DNA of 64,000 nt from Chloroflexota bacterium (GCA_016235055.1 JACRMK010000009.1:24435-88434), one strand, 5' to 3'; counted from the first letter of the stretch, positions 15,183 through 26,800 are shown. The notes: generated by a model from the letters alone, not told the origin. Numbers and translations are program-made.

Positions 15183-17234
15183 ATGGCCTTGCCCGTCCCA
15201 AACCTAGACGATCGGAAGTTCCAGGATTTCGTCGATGAAGCCAAGCGGCGTATCCCGCGCTACGCGCCGCAGTGGACCGATCACAACGTCAGCGATCCGG
15301 GCGTCACGCTGATCGAGTTGTTCGCCTGGATGACGGAGCAGATGATCTTCCGGCTCAACCAGGTGCCGGACAAGAACTTCGTCACCTTTCTGGAACTGCT
15401 CGGCGTCGGACTGCAGCCGGCGCAGCCGGCGCGCGGCGATGTCACGTTCATGCTTTCCGCCGCCCCCCGGCCGGACCGCCGCGCTATCATCCCGGCCTGG
15501 ACTGAGACCGCCACGGAACGCACGGAAACACTGGAGGCCGTCGTCTTCACAACCGATACGGATGCCGAGGTGCTGCCCCCGCAAGTGCGCTGGCTGCTGA
15601 CGAGCGCCGACGGCGACGAGTTCCAGGATCAGGCCGCCACGGCGCGCGGCGAAACGGCGCTCGATGTGTGGGCCAACCCGCCGCGTGCGTCCAACGCGAT
15701 GTACCTCGGCTTCGACGCCGATCTGAGCCGTCATGTGCTTGTCCTGCAATTCCAGTGCGACCGGGTGGGCATCGGCATCGATCCCGAGCGCCCGCCGTGG
15801 AAGTGGGAAGTCTGGCGCGGCAACGAGTTCAAGTGGGAAACGGTCGAGGTCGCCTCGGACACGACGCTGGGACTCAACCAGAACGGCGAAGTGCGACTGC
15901 ATCTGCCCTATGCCTGCCAGCCGGCCCGGCCGGACCGCATGCGCGAAGCGCGCACGTGGATTCGCTGCGCACCGCTCGACCAGTTGCCGCCCGGCCGCGC
16001 GCCCTATGCGCGCGCGCCGCGTATCCGCCGCGCGTCGGCGTACACGATCGGCATCACGGTGCCGGTCACGCACGCGCAACCGGTGGGTCCCGAAGTGCTC
16101 GGCTACAGCGCCGGGCAGCCGGCGCAGCGCTTCCGCCTGCAGAATCGCAACATCCTCAAGCCGCAGGGCAGCGATGAGATTGTGGAAGTCGCCGTGACCG
16201 CCAACAACTGGGAGCCGTGGACGATGGTGCCGCACTTCGGCGATTCCGGACCGGAAGACCGGCACTATATGCTCGATTCCATAACGGGCGAGGTCAGCTT
16301 CGGTCCCGCCGTACGCCAGCGCAACGGCGCGGAGCCGCAGTTCGGCGCGATCCCGCCGCAGGCCAGCCAGATTCGTATTCGACGCTACCGCATCGGCGGC
16401 GGCGTGCGCGGCAATGTGGCTGCCGGTCGCGTCAAGGTGCTGAAAACCACGCTCCCCTACGTCGCGTCGGTCACCAACCGTGCCGACATTACCGGCGGCC
16501 TTGAAGCACAGAGCCTCGATGACGCCAAGCTGCGCGCCCCGTCGCTGCTGCGCACCCGCTTCCGCGCGGTCACATCCGAGGACTATGAGTACCTTGCCCG
16601 CGAGGTCGAAGGCGTCGGCCGCGTGCGCTGCCTGCAGCCGCGCCCCGACGATCCCTCGGCGCCGCCGCCCAACACGGTGCAGATCCTCGTCATCCCGGCG
16701 CTGCCGGCGCTGACCGATAGCGAACTGGAGCGACAGATCGAGTTGCATGAGGCGCTGGCGCAGGAGAACCGGCGGGCCGGCATCGAGGGCGTCCTGCAGG
16801 CACAATTACGGCTGACACCGTCCACCGAGTTCCGCCTGCGCGAGTACCTGGACGAGCGGCGTATGTTGACAACGCGCATCCAGATCGGCGAGCCGCAGTA
16901 CGTCTGGGTCACGGTGCAGACCCGCATCCGCGTCGCGCCCAAAGCCGAGCCGGAACGCGTGCGCCGCGACGTGAAGGCGGCGCTCTACCGATTCCTGAAC
17001 CCGATGTATGGCGGCGGCGGTGGCGGCTGGCCCTTCGGCAAACCACTGACGATTGATAAGGTGTATGCGCTGATCCAGGAAGTGCCGGGCGTGGACTACG
17101 CCACGGGCCTCGATCTGTACCCGATCAACCTGACCGATCCGAAGGGCCAGCGACTTGGCAAATCAGAACAGGTCATCAACGTTCCGCCCAACGGCGTGAT
17201 AGTTTCGTACTATCACAACGTCTACTCGGCCTAA
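15183..17234 (+). CDS. Baseplate J-like protein (T4 gp6 / P2 gpJ; Cis11)
   Basis: ATG 15183 has GGAG upstream and follows the gp25 stop. The ORF-track start 15087 overlaps gp25. LDDRKFQDFVDEAKRRIPRYAPQWTDHNVSDPGVTLIELFAWMTE and C-terminal ITGGLEAQSLDDAKLRAP match the Baseplate_J family. Confidence 0.85.
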   Translation: MALPVPNLDDRKFQDFVDEAKRRIPRYAPQWTDHNVSDPGVTLIELFAWMTEQMIFRLNQVPDKNFVTFLELLGVGLQPAQPARGDVTFMLSAAPRPDRRAIIPAWTETATERTETLEAVVFTTDTDAEVLPPQVRWLLTSADGDEFQDQAATARGETALDVWANPPRASNAMYLGFDADLSRHVLVLQFQCDRVGIGIDPERPPWKWEVWRGNEFKWETVEVASDTTLGLNQNGEVRLHLPYACQPARPDRMREARTWIRCAPLDQLPPGRAPYARAPRIRRASAYTIGITVPVTHAQPVGPEVLGYSAGQPAQRFRLQNRNILKPQGSDEIVEVAVTANNWEPWTMVPHFGDSGPEDRHYMLDSITGEVSFGPAVRQRNGAEPQFGAIPPQASQIRIRRYRIGGGVRGNVAAGRVKVLKTTLPYVASVTNRADITGGLEAQSLDDAKLRAPSLLRTRFRAVTSEDYEYLAREVEGVGRVRCLQPRPDDPSAPPPNTVQILVIPALPALTDSELERQIELHEALAQENRRAGIEGVLQAQLRLTPSTEFRLREYLDERRMLTTRIQIGEPQYVWVTVQTRIRVAPKAEPERVRRDVKAALYRFLNPMYGGGGGGWPFGKPLTIDKVYALIQEVPGVDYATGLDLYPINLTDPKGQRLGKSEQVINVPPNGVIVSYYHNVYSA

Positions 17235-17256
17235 CTCGCATGGCAAGGTTACGCTC

Positions 17257-17787
17257 ATGAGTCAGCCAGTGCAGCGATCGGCGCGCAATCCGCTTGTGCC
17301 GCTCTGGGGCAAGCCCAGCCGCTTGATGACGTACTTGCCGTCCTTGTACGCCGACGATCCGTTCCTCGGCAGCTTCCTGAATATCTTTGACGATACGTGG
17401 CAGCCGCTGTCGCAGCAGATCGCGGTGCTGTGGGCGTACTTCGACCCGCGCCTCACGCCACCCGACATGCTGCCGTGGCTCAGCACCTGGGTGGACCTGG
17501 CGCTCGATGAGAACTGGCCCGTCGAGCGGCGCCGGCAGTTGATTCTGCGCGCAGCCGATCTGTATCGCCGGCGTGGCACCCGGAGCGCGCTGCGCGATTA
17601 TCTCGCCATCTACATGGATGCCGAACCTGAGATCAGCGAGGACGCCGTAGACGGCAACCCGTATCACTTCACGGTCGTGTTCCGTCTGCCCGATCCGTCG
17701 ACGATCGACCCGGACCGCGTGCGGCGCATTATCGAAGAAGAAAAGCCCGCTCACACAACGTACACGCTGCGCATCGAAAAGGCGTAA
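17257..17787 (+). CDS. Phage tail protein I-like baseplate protein (P2 gpI N-terminal domain; Cis12)
   Basis: LPSLYADDPFLGSFLNIFDDTWQPLSQQI...DPRLTPPDMLPWLSTWVDLALDENWPVERRRQLILRAADLYRRRGT matches the Tail_P2_I pattern. At 176 aa there is no fibre-binding extension. Confidence 0.8.
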   Translation: MSQPVQRSARNPLVPLWGKPSRLMTYLPSLYADDPFLGSFLNIFDDTWQPLSQQIAVLWAYFDPRLTPPDMLPWLSTWVDLALDENWPVERRRQLILRAADLYRRRGTRSALRDYLAIYMDAEPEISEDAVDGNPYHFTVVFRLPDPSTIDPDRVRRIIEEEKPAHTTYTLRIEKA

Positions 17788-17821
17788 GTCAAGCTCATGC
17801 GAACCGCCAGGTGGTGCACTC

Positions 17822-19936
17822 ATGCCTGATTCAGTGACCCTCAAACTCGACACCGCAGCCGTTCAGGTCAAACCGGGCGCATCGGCCACGGTCCGGCTGA
17901 CCGTCCGCAATCGCACTGAGGAAGTCGGAAACTACACCATCACGATCGAGGGCGTGCCCGCCGGATGGGTATCGGCCTCCCCCGAACAGGTGTCGGCGTT
18001 TCCGATGCAGGACATTCAGGCTGACATTAGCGTGAACCCGCCAGCCGACGCAACCGGCGCCGTGTATCACGTGCAGGTGCGCGCCGCAACGCAAAGCGGA
18101 TCGGGCGGCGTAACGCAACTGGACGTGGACGTGCCGGCGACATTCGTGCCGCCTGCACCGCCGCAGCGATCGGTGCCCCCTCCTCCGCCAACCACCGCGC
18201 CGGAATCGTCGGCGCGGCGCGCGCCGACCGCGTCACCGCCAAAGTCGATGCCCGAGTCCCGTCCGCGGCAGCCATTCACGCCCCCGCCGGCGGCACCGCC
18301 CGCGACCTCGTCGGCGGACAGCAGCGCACAGCGCACGCAGACGGCCGCACAGATTGAAGTCGTCGCCGAGCCAATCAAAGGTGCGCCCCCACCGGCCGTT
18401 CAATGGAAGCTGGCGCTGCACAATGCAGGCACGGTGCTCGATACGTTTGCCTTCAGCATCGCCGGCATCAAACCGGCCTGGGTCAAGTTGCAGCCGGCGC
18501 AGGTCACGCTGAACCCGGATGAGACCGGCAACGCGACATTGACGGTCACACCGCCGCAGGACACGGCGGCCGGTTCGTACCCATTTGTCCTGCGCACATT
18601 CTCTTATCTGAACCTGAACCAGCGCACCGATCTGCCGCTGAAGGTCGACGTCACGACCAGCGCCGGGTTTCAGATGGCGATCGACCCGAAAGATATCGAG
18701 GCGCAGGGACAGCGCGATTTCCGCGTGGTGCTGAGCAGCACGCCGACGAGCAACACGGATTTATGGCTGAACCTGTCGGCCGCCGACCCGGATGGCGCGT
18801 GCGACTATGTGTTCGAGCAAGCGCAGGTGTTCGTGCCGGCCAAGCAAGCCGTGGCGGGCATTTTGCGCGTGCGCCCGCGCGCGGTGCTCAATCCCGGCGA
18901 GCGAAAGATGATCGCCTTCCGTGTCACGGCGACCGAGCGCGACGGCCGCGTGCCGCCGCAAGTCGCCGACGCCCGCCTGACTCAGGTTGGCGCGTCGCCG
19001 CTCCGCGTCGTCCTGCGCCCGCAGGTCAATAGCGCCGAACTGGATGCCAGCTACACCGTGCTGGCCGTCAACCCGTCGGGTGTCGAGACGACGCTGGTCT
19101 TCTCCGGCGAGGATCCGGAACTGGGCTGCGAGTACACGTTCCAGCCGCCGCGCGTGGTGCTGCCGCCAGGCGCAGAGGCACAGGTTACGCTGCGCGCGCG
19201 CGCGCGGGCCAACTTCGAGGGCGAAGGTAGTAAGGAGTATGCGTTCACGGTAAACGCCACGCGCGCCGGTGAACTGGTGCCGGTGGCGACCGCCACGGGC
19301 AAGTTCGTTCAGCAGACGCTCAAGCCGGTCAAGCTGGCGCTGATTCCGGCGCAGATCAGCAGCACCGGCTCGGCGCAGTTCGTCGTGAAAGCCAGTAACC
19401 CGCGCCCAAAGGCGGTCCAGGTCTTGCTGGCGGCGACCGACGAAGCCGACGCGCTGTCGTTCTCGTTCAGCCCGAGCGAGATCAACCTCGCGCCGGGTTC
19501 GGAGGGCAGCGCCACCATCACGGCGAAGCCCAAGGACAGCCTGATGAAGGGCGAGCAACGCCGCGTGCACAAATTCGCGGTGACCGGCACGGTGGAAGGC
19601 GCGGCCGTGCCGCCGGTCGTCAACGGCACGCTTGCGCAGATTCCGGGCGTCGACCTGAGCGGGTTCACCGGCGGCGGCTTTAAGCTCTTCCTTTGGTTCG
19701 CGCGCTGGCTGCTGTTCTTCATCTTCATCTCGTTCCTTGCGACGCTCGTGCTGGCCGGCATCGAAGTGATTGAGAAGCCGCCGGTGCGCAACGAACGCCT
19801 GGTTGCGTTGCTGACTTCGGTGATCAACCCGGCATTTGTCAGAACGCTGATCGAGATCTCGCCGTTTGGCGGCCTGTCGCGCGCCATCGCCGACTTCATG
19901 CGCTATCTCGTCGACCAGGTGTTGTTTCCGCATTAG
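17822..19936 (+). CDS. Tail-anchored membrane protein: five tandem Ig-like (CARDB/NEW3-like by eye) domains, Pro-rich linker, C-terminal TM segment; sits in the fibre position
   Basis: 34-nt gap after the gpI-like gene. No N-terminal signal peptide (MPDSVTLKLDTAAVQVKPGASATVRLTVRN...). About five ~100-aa beta-rich repeats. Hydrophobic FLWFARWLLFFIFISFLATLVLAG near the C-terminus. Architecture is paralogous to 23846..26854. Confidence 0.65.
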   Translation: MPDSVTLKLDTAAVQVKPGASATVRLTVRNRTEEVGNYTITIEGVPAGWVSASPEQVSAFPMQDIQADISVNPPADATGAVYHVQVRAATQSGSGGVTQLDVDVPATFVPPAPPQRSVPPPPPTTAPESSARRAPTASPPKSMPESRPRQPFTPPPAAPPATSSADSSAQRTQTAAQIEVVAEPIKGAPPPAVQWKLALHNAGTVLDTFAFSIAGIKPAWVKLQPAQVTLNPDETGNATLTVTPPQDTAAGSYPFVLRTFSYLNLNQRTDLPLKVDVTTSAGFQMAIDPKDIEAQGQRDFRVVLSSTPTSNTDLWLNLSAADPDGACDYVFEQAQVFVPAKQAVAGILRVRPRAVLNPGERKMIAFRVTATERDGRVPPQVADARLTQVGASPLRVVLRPQVNSAELDASYTVLAVNPSGVETTLVFSGEDPELGCEYTFQPPRVVLPPGAEAQVTLRARARANFEGEGSKEYAFTVNATRAGELVPVATATGKFVQQTLKPVKLALIPAQISSTGSAQFVVKASNPRPKAVQVLLAATDEADALSFSFSPSEINLAPGSEGSATITAKPKDSLMKGEQRRVHKFAVTGTVEGAAVPPVVNGTLAQIPGVDLSGFTGGGFKLFLWFARWLLFFIFISFLATLVLAGIEVIEKPPVRNERLVALLTSVINPAFVRTLIEISPFGGLSRAIADFMRYLVDQVLFPH

Positions 19937-20039
19937 TCACAATTTGATTTGCCGGCACGGCGCCGGACGAGCCTATCGAAGGGCAGTTGCCATGACGGCG
20001 GCCGGATGGATTTCGCGATGACCTGCGGCGTAGGTTCTC

Positions 20040-21326
20040 ATGTTCAACCAACTCGGCACCGCATTGCCTCGCAGCCCAAACATGCGCATGCTCGGCGGCC
20101 TGCTGCTGGCCATCTTCGCCTGCCTGGGCTGCATGCTGGCTTCGTACATAGCCATCGGCCCGCAACCAGCGGCCACGGTCGCGCCGTCGAGCGCGACGCC
20201 GGCCGCCCTGGACAGCGAAACACCGTCGCCCACCAGCACAGACACGCCAGCGCCGACAGCGACGTCGACGCCATCGCCTTCCCCGACGACCACACCGACC
20301 GGGACCCAACCACCGACGGCGACGACCACGGCCACTCCAACCGTCACGCCGACGGCGACCCGCACGCCGACCAGAACGCCGACGAGCACGTGGACGCCGA
20401 CCACCGTGCCCACCGCGTTACCCTACCTGCGCGGTCCGCAGAACCTGGCGGTGTACGCAAAGACGGGCAATGTGTGGGTGACGAACCGGACCGACAACTC
20501 GCTCGCCGAGGTCGATGGCGGCAACGTCTCGCGCGTGCTGACACGGATCGCCAACGTGCCGAGCCCGAACGGTATCGCCATTTATCAGGCGGCCGGCTTG
20601 GCCTACGTAACGAACCGCGATCAATCGACCGTCACGGAGATCGACCTGAATCGAAAGCAGGTGCGGCAGACGTTTGCAGTCGGCAGCCTGCCGTGGGGCA
20701 TCGCCGTGGATGAGAGCCATGGCGCGGTGTATGTCGCCAATTTTGGCTCCAACAGCTACTCGTGCATCCGCCCGGCCACGCGGGACGTGCTGGCGATTGC
20801 CAGCAAGATCACGCAGCCAGCCCATGTGACCTACAACGCGCGGGTCGATGCCATCTACGGTGTCAGCCGCGACGGGCAGGTGGTGCAGTTGACCTGCGGA
20901 AGCAGCCAGATCGTTAAGTCGTTTGCCGATAGCACCCTATTCGACATCGCCTCAAGCGAAAACAGCAACCATGTATTCGTTACCACCAACGGCAGTCAGC
21001 GCGTTCAATGGTTTTTCGTCGGTTCGATGGGGGCCAATAGTTATCCGTTTGCGAACGAACCGTACGCCGTGGAAGCGATCAAGACGTGCGTCGGCGCCGT
21101 CGTGCCGGCCGAAGACAAGCTATACGTGCTCGATCAGTGGCTAAGCGGGGTAGTACGCACGTTCAATCTCGGCAAACAGACGGTGGGCGAAGGCGGCCAG
21201 GGCCTCGCCTACTTTGCGCCGGCCGACACGGTGTACGTGGCCAACTTCGGCGCCAACAGCCTGACGGCGATCAAGAATCCCTGCCCGCCCAATGTCACGC
21301 CGGTCTACGGCACCCCGAAACCGTAG
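20040..21326 (+). CDS. Type II membrane protein: N-terminal TM anchor, Pro/Thr linker, YVTN-family beta-propeller
   Basis: [40 protein letters not shown], then about 80 aa of T/P repeats. Propeller blades carry [31 protein letters not shown] and [15 protein letters not shown] motifs. Confidence 0.7.
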   Translation: MFNQLGTALPRSPNMRMLGGLLLAIFACLGCMLASYIAIGPQPAATVAPSSATPAALDSETPSPTSTDTPAPTATSTPSPSPTTTPTGTQPPTATTTATPTVTPTATRTPTRTPTSTWTPTTVPTALPYLRGPQNLAVYAKTGNVWVTNRTDNSLAEVDGGNVSRVLTRIANVPSPNGIAIYQAAGLAYVTNRDQSTVTEIDLNRKQVRQTFAVGSLPWGIAVDESHGAVYVANFGSNSYSCIRPATRDVLAIASKITQPAHVTYNARVDAIYGVSRDGQVVQLTCGSSQIVKSFADSTLFDIASSENSNHVFVTTNGSQRVQWFFVGSMGANSYPFANEPYAVEAIKTCVGAVVPAEDKLYVLDQWLSGVVRTFNLGKQTVGEGGQGLAYFAPADTVYVANFGANSLTAIKNPCPPNVTPVYGTPKP

Positions 21327-21356
21327 AGTTGCTGCACGCGAAATTGACGAGGATCC

Positions 21357-22655
21357 ATGTTCGACCAAATTAGCAACTCGCTGCCCAAAAGCCCGAACAT
21401 GCGCATGCTCGGTGGCTTGCTTATGGCCATCTTCGCATGCATCGTCTGCATGCTGGGATCGTTTCTCGCGCTGGGGCCGCAACCGGCGCCGACTGTGCCC
21501 CCAGCCACCGTGACGCAGTTCGCCGCGGCGGCGGCGACCGAAACGCCGCTACCGACTGACACGCCCATGCCAACGCCGACGTCCACGCCGACCAATACGC
21601 CAACCAATACGCCAACCGGGACGTTGCAGCCCACGCCAACCTTCACGTCGACGCCGACAAACACGCCCACCGCAACACAGACGCCGACGAACACGGCGAC
21701 GCGGACGCCGACCAAAACGCCGACCCAGACGGCCACACCGACCAACACGCCCACCGCGACCCCCTATCTGCGAACGCCGCAGAATATCGCGGTATACGCG
21801 AAAAGCGGCAACGTATGGGTCACAAACCGCATGGACAACTCGGTGGCGGAGGTGGACGGCCGCAACGTGTCGCGCGTGCTGACCCGCATCGCCGACATCC
21901 CCAGCCCGAACGGCATCGCCATCTGGCAGGCGGCCGGGCTGGCATACGTAAGTAACCGCGAGCAGGCGACAGTGACGGAGATTGACCTGAATTCCAAACG
22001 CGTGCGCCGGACCTACGCGGTCGGCGCACTGCCGTGGGGTCTTGCAGTCGACGAAAACAGCGGCGTCGTGTTTGTCGCCAACTTTGGCTCGAATCTGTAC
22101 TCGTGCATTCGGGTCGATACGGGCCAGGTCGCTTCCATCCCGATCGGTTTCGGCCAACCCGCGCACGTGCATTATAATGCGCAGACGGATGCGGTCTACG
22201 GCGTCAGTCGCGACGGGCAGGTGGTGCGCCTGTACTGTGTAGATGGCGGCGGTTCCGATAAGTTCGCCGACGCCAGCCTGTTCGACCTGAGCATGTCCGA
22301 TAATGCGGCTTACGGCTACGTTTCGGCATTGGAGAGCAAACGGGTATACGGGTTTGCGCGCATCGCCGGCCGGAGCTATCCGTTCAGGAACGCGCCGTAT
22401 GGGCTTGAGTACATGGGCCGCTGCGTCGGCGTGATGGTGCCGGCCGAGGATCGTTTGTACGCGCTGGACAACACGCTATCCACGGCCGTACGCTCTTATG
22501 CGGTCGGAAAGCAGTCCGTCGGTGAAGGCGGTCAGGGTATCGCGTACTTTGCGCCGACGGACACCGTATACGTGGCCAACTACGCAGCCAATAGCCTGTC
22601 GGCGATTACGGCGCCATGTCCGGTGTCATTAACGCCAACCTACGTCTTTTACTAG
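21357..22655 (+). CDS. Tandem paralog of 20040..21326 (TM anchor + Pro/Thr linker + YVTN beta-propeller)
   Basis: [40 protein letters not shown]. Same domain order and motifs ([32 protein letters not shown]). 31-nt gap from its paralog. Confidence 0.7.
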   Translation: MFDQISNSLPKSPNMRMLGGLLMAIFACIVCMLGSFLALGPQPAPTVPPATVTQFAAAAATETPLPTDTPMPTPTSTPTNTPTNTPTGTLQPTPTFTSTPTNTPTATQTPTNTATRTPTKTPTQTATPTNTPTATPYLRTPQNIAVYAKSGNVWVTNRMDNSVAEVDGRNVSRVLTRIADIPSPNGIAIWQAAGLAYVSNREQATVTEIDLNSKRVRRTYAVGALPWGLAVDENSGVVFVANFGSNLYSCIRVDTGQVASIPIGFGQPAHVHYNAQTDAVYGVSRDGQVVRLYCVDGGGSDKFADASLFDLSMSDNAAYGYVSALESKRVYGFARIAGRSYPFRNAPYGLEYMGRCVGVMVPAEDRLYALDNTLSTAVRSYAVGKQSVGEGGQGIAYFAPTDTVYVANYAANSLSAITAPCPVSLTPTYVFY

Positions 22656-22706
22656 TTCTGGTGCGCGCCACACGGCGCACCCATCTCGCCGCAAGGATAC
22701 GGTTGC

Positions 22707-23816
22707 ATGGCATCGGTTCTCCTGTCTGCGAATCACGATCGTGTCAGCGTCGCGCCCGGCTCGAGCGTCGAGTTCGTCGTAACCATCCAGAACCTGACGA
22801 CGCTTGTCGATCAGGTGACATTGCGCGTCGAAGGCATCGATAGCCGCTGGGTGCAGATGGTTCCGCCGGTTCTGCCGGTCTTCGCACAAGGCACTGCCTC
22901 GGCACGCGTGATCATCTCGCCACCCGCACACCCGGCCGAGGCGATGGCCGGCAGTTACGGCGTGCAAGTGGCCGGCGTATCGCAGGAACGGCCGGGCGAA
23001 AGCGCCGTGACGAACGTCACGCTCGACGTGCAGTTGGTTGGCGACTATCAGTTGCGTCTCACGACGCCGCAAGCGGGCGACCTGCCGCAGGAGCGGCGTT
23101 ATCCGCTGCGCGTCATCAACGGCGCCAACGCTGTGCTGCTGGTGCACCCGAGCGGCCAGGACCGCAACGGCGATTTCTGGTACAAGTTCGAGCCGTTTCA
23201 GCTTACGGTCCCGCCTGGCGGCGAAGGCACACTCGTCGTCACGGCGCGCGCCAAGCAGATGACCGTCGCCCAGCGCGCGGTCGCCTTCAACGTGGCGACC
23301 ACCGGCACATATACGTTACGCGACGGTAACGCCGTCGACGCGGCGCCGCGCGACGTCGCGGGCCAGTTTGCGCAGGGCGCGCTGGCCACCCTGATCGTCT
23401 CGGTGGCACCGGCCCAAATGCGTGCGCCGCTCACGGGCATATTCCAGGTGCGCGTTGGGAATCCGGGACCGATTCCGGTGAACGCCCGGCTGGCCGTCAG
23501 TGAAGCCGCTGAAGGACTCTCGTTCCGCTTCAATCCGGAGCAGGTCGTGCTGGCGCCGCAGTCCGAGCGCCCCGTGTCGCTGAGCGTACGTGCGGCCGGC
23601 ATGCTGGCCGCCGGCGGCGCAGCGCACAGCTACGATTTTCGGGTTGCGGCCGCCGCGACTGACGGCCTGGCTGAGCCAGGTGCGGCTTCGGCGCAATTCG
23701 TGCAGATTGCGCCAGTCAAGCCGGTACCGTGGGCGCTGATCATCGGCCTGCTCACACTAGCCCTGATTGCATGCTTTGCGTTCGCCATCGTGATTGTCAA
23801 TAACATGCCGCGATAG
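22707..23816 (+). CDS. Tail-anchored membrane protein with three Ig-like domains (short paralog of 17822 and 23846 genes)
   Basis: No signal peptide. The first domain VSVAPGSSVEFVVTIQNLTTLVDQVTLRVEGIDSRWV has the same signature as the larger paralogs. C-terminal TM WALIIGLLTLALIACFAFAIVIV is followed by only NNMPR. Confidence 0.65.
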   Translation: MASVLLSANHDRVSVAPGSSVEFVVTIQNLTTLVDQVTLRVEGIDSRWVQMVPPVLPVFAQGTASARVIISPPAHPAEAMAGSYGVQVAGVSQERPGESAVTNVTLDVQLVGDYQLRLTTPQAGDLPQERRYPLRVINGANAVLLVHPSGQDRNGDFWYKFEPFQLTVPPGGEGTLVVTARAKQMTVAQRAVAFNVATTGTYTLRDGNAVDAAPRDVAGQFAQGALATLIVSVAPAQMRAPLTGIFQVRVGNPGPIPVNARLAVSEAAEGLSFRFNPEQVVLAPQSERPVSLSVRAAGMLAAGGAAHSYDFRVAAAATDGLAEPGAASAQFVQIAPVKPVPWALIIGLLTLALIACFAFAIVIVNNMPR

Positions 23817-23845
23817 CGGATACCCTCCCAAGTTGAGGAAAGTTC

Positions 23846-26800
23846 ATGCCCACTACCGTCGTGACTGTTGATCCGCCCCTCGTCTCCGTGCAGGCAGGCA
23901 GCCAGGCGACTGTACGTGTTGCCGTGGAGAACCGCAGCGATTTTGTCGGCCAGTATCAACTGTCGCTGGCCGGCGCCGATGCCTCGTGGGTCACGTTCGA
24001 GCCGGATCAGGTGGCTGCGTTTCCGGGCAGCACGGCCAACGCCACCATACGCTTGAGTTTGCCCGCCAGCGTCATTCCGGCCACGTACCCGACGGTCGTG
24101 CGCGTGATCAATCAGAGCGACACGTCCGATGAAGCACGCGCGCTGCTGCGCCTCAACGTCACCGCCGCTCCCGGCAGCCAGCCAGGCGGCACGCCAGGTT
24201 TTGTCGCGACGGGCGCAGGCAACCCGCCGCCAACCGGCATGCCCGAGTCGCGCCGGACTGCGCCCCCACCGCCGGTCGCGGCATTCACCGGCGTGCCCGC
24301 CCGGCGCGCGGCCTCGCCGGGTGCCGGCCAGCTCGAATTGTCGATTGACCGCGACAGTATTACCGTCCTGCCCTCCGGCAGCCAGTCGATCAACGTCATC
24401 TGGCGAAACACCGGCGGTACCGCCCTGGCTATCGACGCGGAGCTGCAGGGCCTGCCGCCGGCCTGGATCCGGCTGGAGCCGGCTGCCTTCGATCTGCCAA
24501 AGACGAGCACCGTGCCGGGCCGCGTTACGATCTCACCGCCCTCCGAGGCGCCGACCGGCAGCTACCCGATCACGCTCGTCGGCACCGAGCGCAATACCCC
24601 GGGCATGGCTGCCAACATCGACCTCGTGCTTGAGGTCGGTGAGGCCGGTGGCGTAACGTTGGAAATCGTTCCGCCGCAAGCGGCGGGCCAGGACGGCGCC
24701 ACCTATCGCGTGCGTGCAACGCAGAGCGGCACGACGCCGCTGAATGTGTCGTTCTTTGCCTCCGATCCGGATGCGGCACTCGCATATACATTCAATCCGG
24801 CGACGATCTACGTGCCGCCATCCGGCGACGCAACCAGCGAATTGAGCGTGCGCGCGTCGAAAGGGCTGGTGGGCGTCGAAACGCAGAACTTCCAGTTTAC
24901 TGTCACGGCGACGGCGGCGGAAGGCACGGCCCGCGCCGCGACGGCCTCCGGGCTTTTCGTGCAGCAGCGCACGCCCACGATCGGACTCGTCATCGCCCCG
25001 GCCGAAGTAACCGCGCCCGACAGGGCAACGTACACGATCCGCGTCAAGAATCCGAGCGCCATTCAGACCAATGTGCGGCTCGTGGCCGCCGACGGCAACA
25101 ACGCGTGCCGCTACCTGATCAATCCGCCGGCCGTGGCCGTGCCGGCCGGCGGCGAAGCGCAGGCCAGCCTGCTCGTCACGCCGCAGAAGCTGACGGCCGA
25201 GCCGGGATCGATCATCAACAACTTCACCGTGAGTGCGGAGCCGAGCGGAAGTCTGCTGACCGGCGCGCAGGCCAGCGGGAAGTATGTGCAGACCCAGACC
25301 ATCCTGCCATCCATTCGGCTGGCGCCAGGCAGCCAGTCGTCGACCGGCGCGGCAACGTTTAATGTGCAGGCGACTAACACGCGCCCCACGGCCCTCGATG
25401 TTGAGTTGCGCGCTTTTGATGCCGCCAACCTGGTCGAGCTAAGGCTGAGTACGGCACAGTTGCGGCTGCCGCCGAACGGCTCGGCGCAAGCCAGGGTCAC
25501 AGCGCGCCCAACCACGAAGCTGTTGGCCGGCGAGGCGCGCCGCCCGAACGAGTTTACGGTCGAGCTGCATGTCCCCGGTCTGGAGCAGACCGCGCAGGCC
25601 AAAGGCACGCTCGTGCAGGTCGGCGGGTTCAACTTTGCGCGGCTGATTCCGATCATCCTGCTGCTGGCCGCGCTCGTCGTGTGCGTCGGCGTCGCGGCGC
25701 TCACGCTGCCGACCATTGGCGGCTGGCTATCGGACCGGCAGCGGGAGATCGCAAAGTTTCTGCAGGCGGCGCCCACGCCGCTGCCGCTGGTGACGTTTGC
25801 GCCGTTCACCCCGACGCCGACCATCACGCCGATTCCGACCCCGACGCTGATCCCGGTGCCGTTCGCCATCAAGGGTGTCACGGCGAAAGTGTCGCCAGCG
25901 TCGGCCAATAGCTGCCCCACCACTCTGAGCTTCTCAGCGGAGATCGAAGTTTCACAGGTCGGCAGTATTACGTATGTATGGGAGTTCAGCGACGGATCGA
26001 GCACCACGCCCAGCACCCTGAACTTCGGTGCGGCCGGCAAGCAGACGGTCAACACCTCCAAGTCGTTCAATACCAACGGCGTGGTTGGCGGTCACGTCAA
26101 GATCACCGCGCCGCCATCGCCCGATTCCAACCAGGCATCCGCAACGCTCAACTGTCCGGCCGCCCCCACCGCCGCGCCGGCCGCGCCGACGGCGACGCCG
26201 AAGCCGGCCACCGCGACGCCGATGCCCACACTGCCTCCGGCCATCTTCGTCGCCAACTTCAGCGGTGACTGGACGACGAACTTCGGCAGCATGCATCTTA
26301 ATCAGGGCGGCCCGTCGATCACCGGCACGTATTACAATGGTTTCTTGGGACAGGGCGGCACGATCGCCGGCACAGTGACGGCCAATACGTTTAACGGCAC
26401 CTGGTCGATCTCAGGCGGCACCGGATCGATCCAGTTCAACATGGGCGCCGACGGGGCGTCATTCACGGGTAAGTTCAATGGGACCACCGATTGGTGCGGC
26501 GCAAAGCACACAAGCACCGCCACGCTTCCGCCCGGGTGCGGCTTCTCCGGACCGTGGAGCATTCGCCTGTCGGGCGGCACGCGCACGATGACGCTCGTCC
26601 AACGTGGCGACAACACCGTGAGCGGCACCTATAATAATGGCACCGCGAACGGCACGATAAACGGCACCGTATCGTATCCACCCACCAATGTGGTCCTCAA
26701 CGGCACCTGGACCGTCGGCGGTTCCACAGGTTCGATTCGCTTCTTCCTGAACGACTATAATGCCACCCGATTCCAGGGCAACTACAATACGACCTTCGAG

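Noticed and set aside
20215-20410. Short-period nucleotide repeats (acgccgac-type) at 20215-20410, 21540-21760, 25790-25860, 26160-26240 and 33400-33740, considered as possible CRISPR or tandem-repeat loci.
   Set aside because: They are in frame within long ORFs and encode Pro/Thr linker segments (TPTxTPT...). The repeats are imperfect and have no unique spacers of regular length. They are not a CRISPR array.
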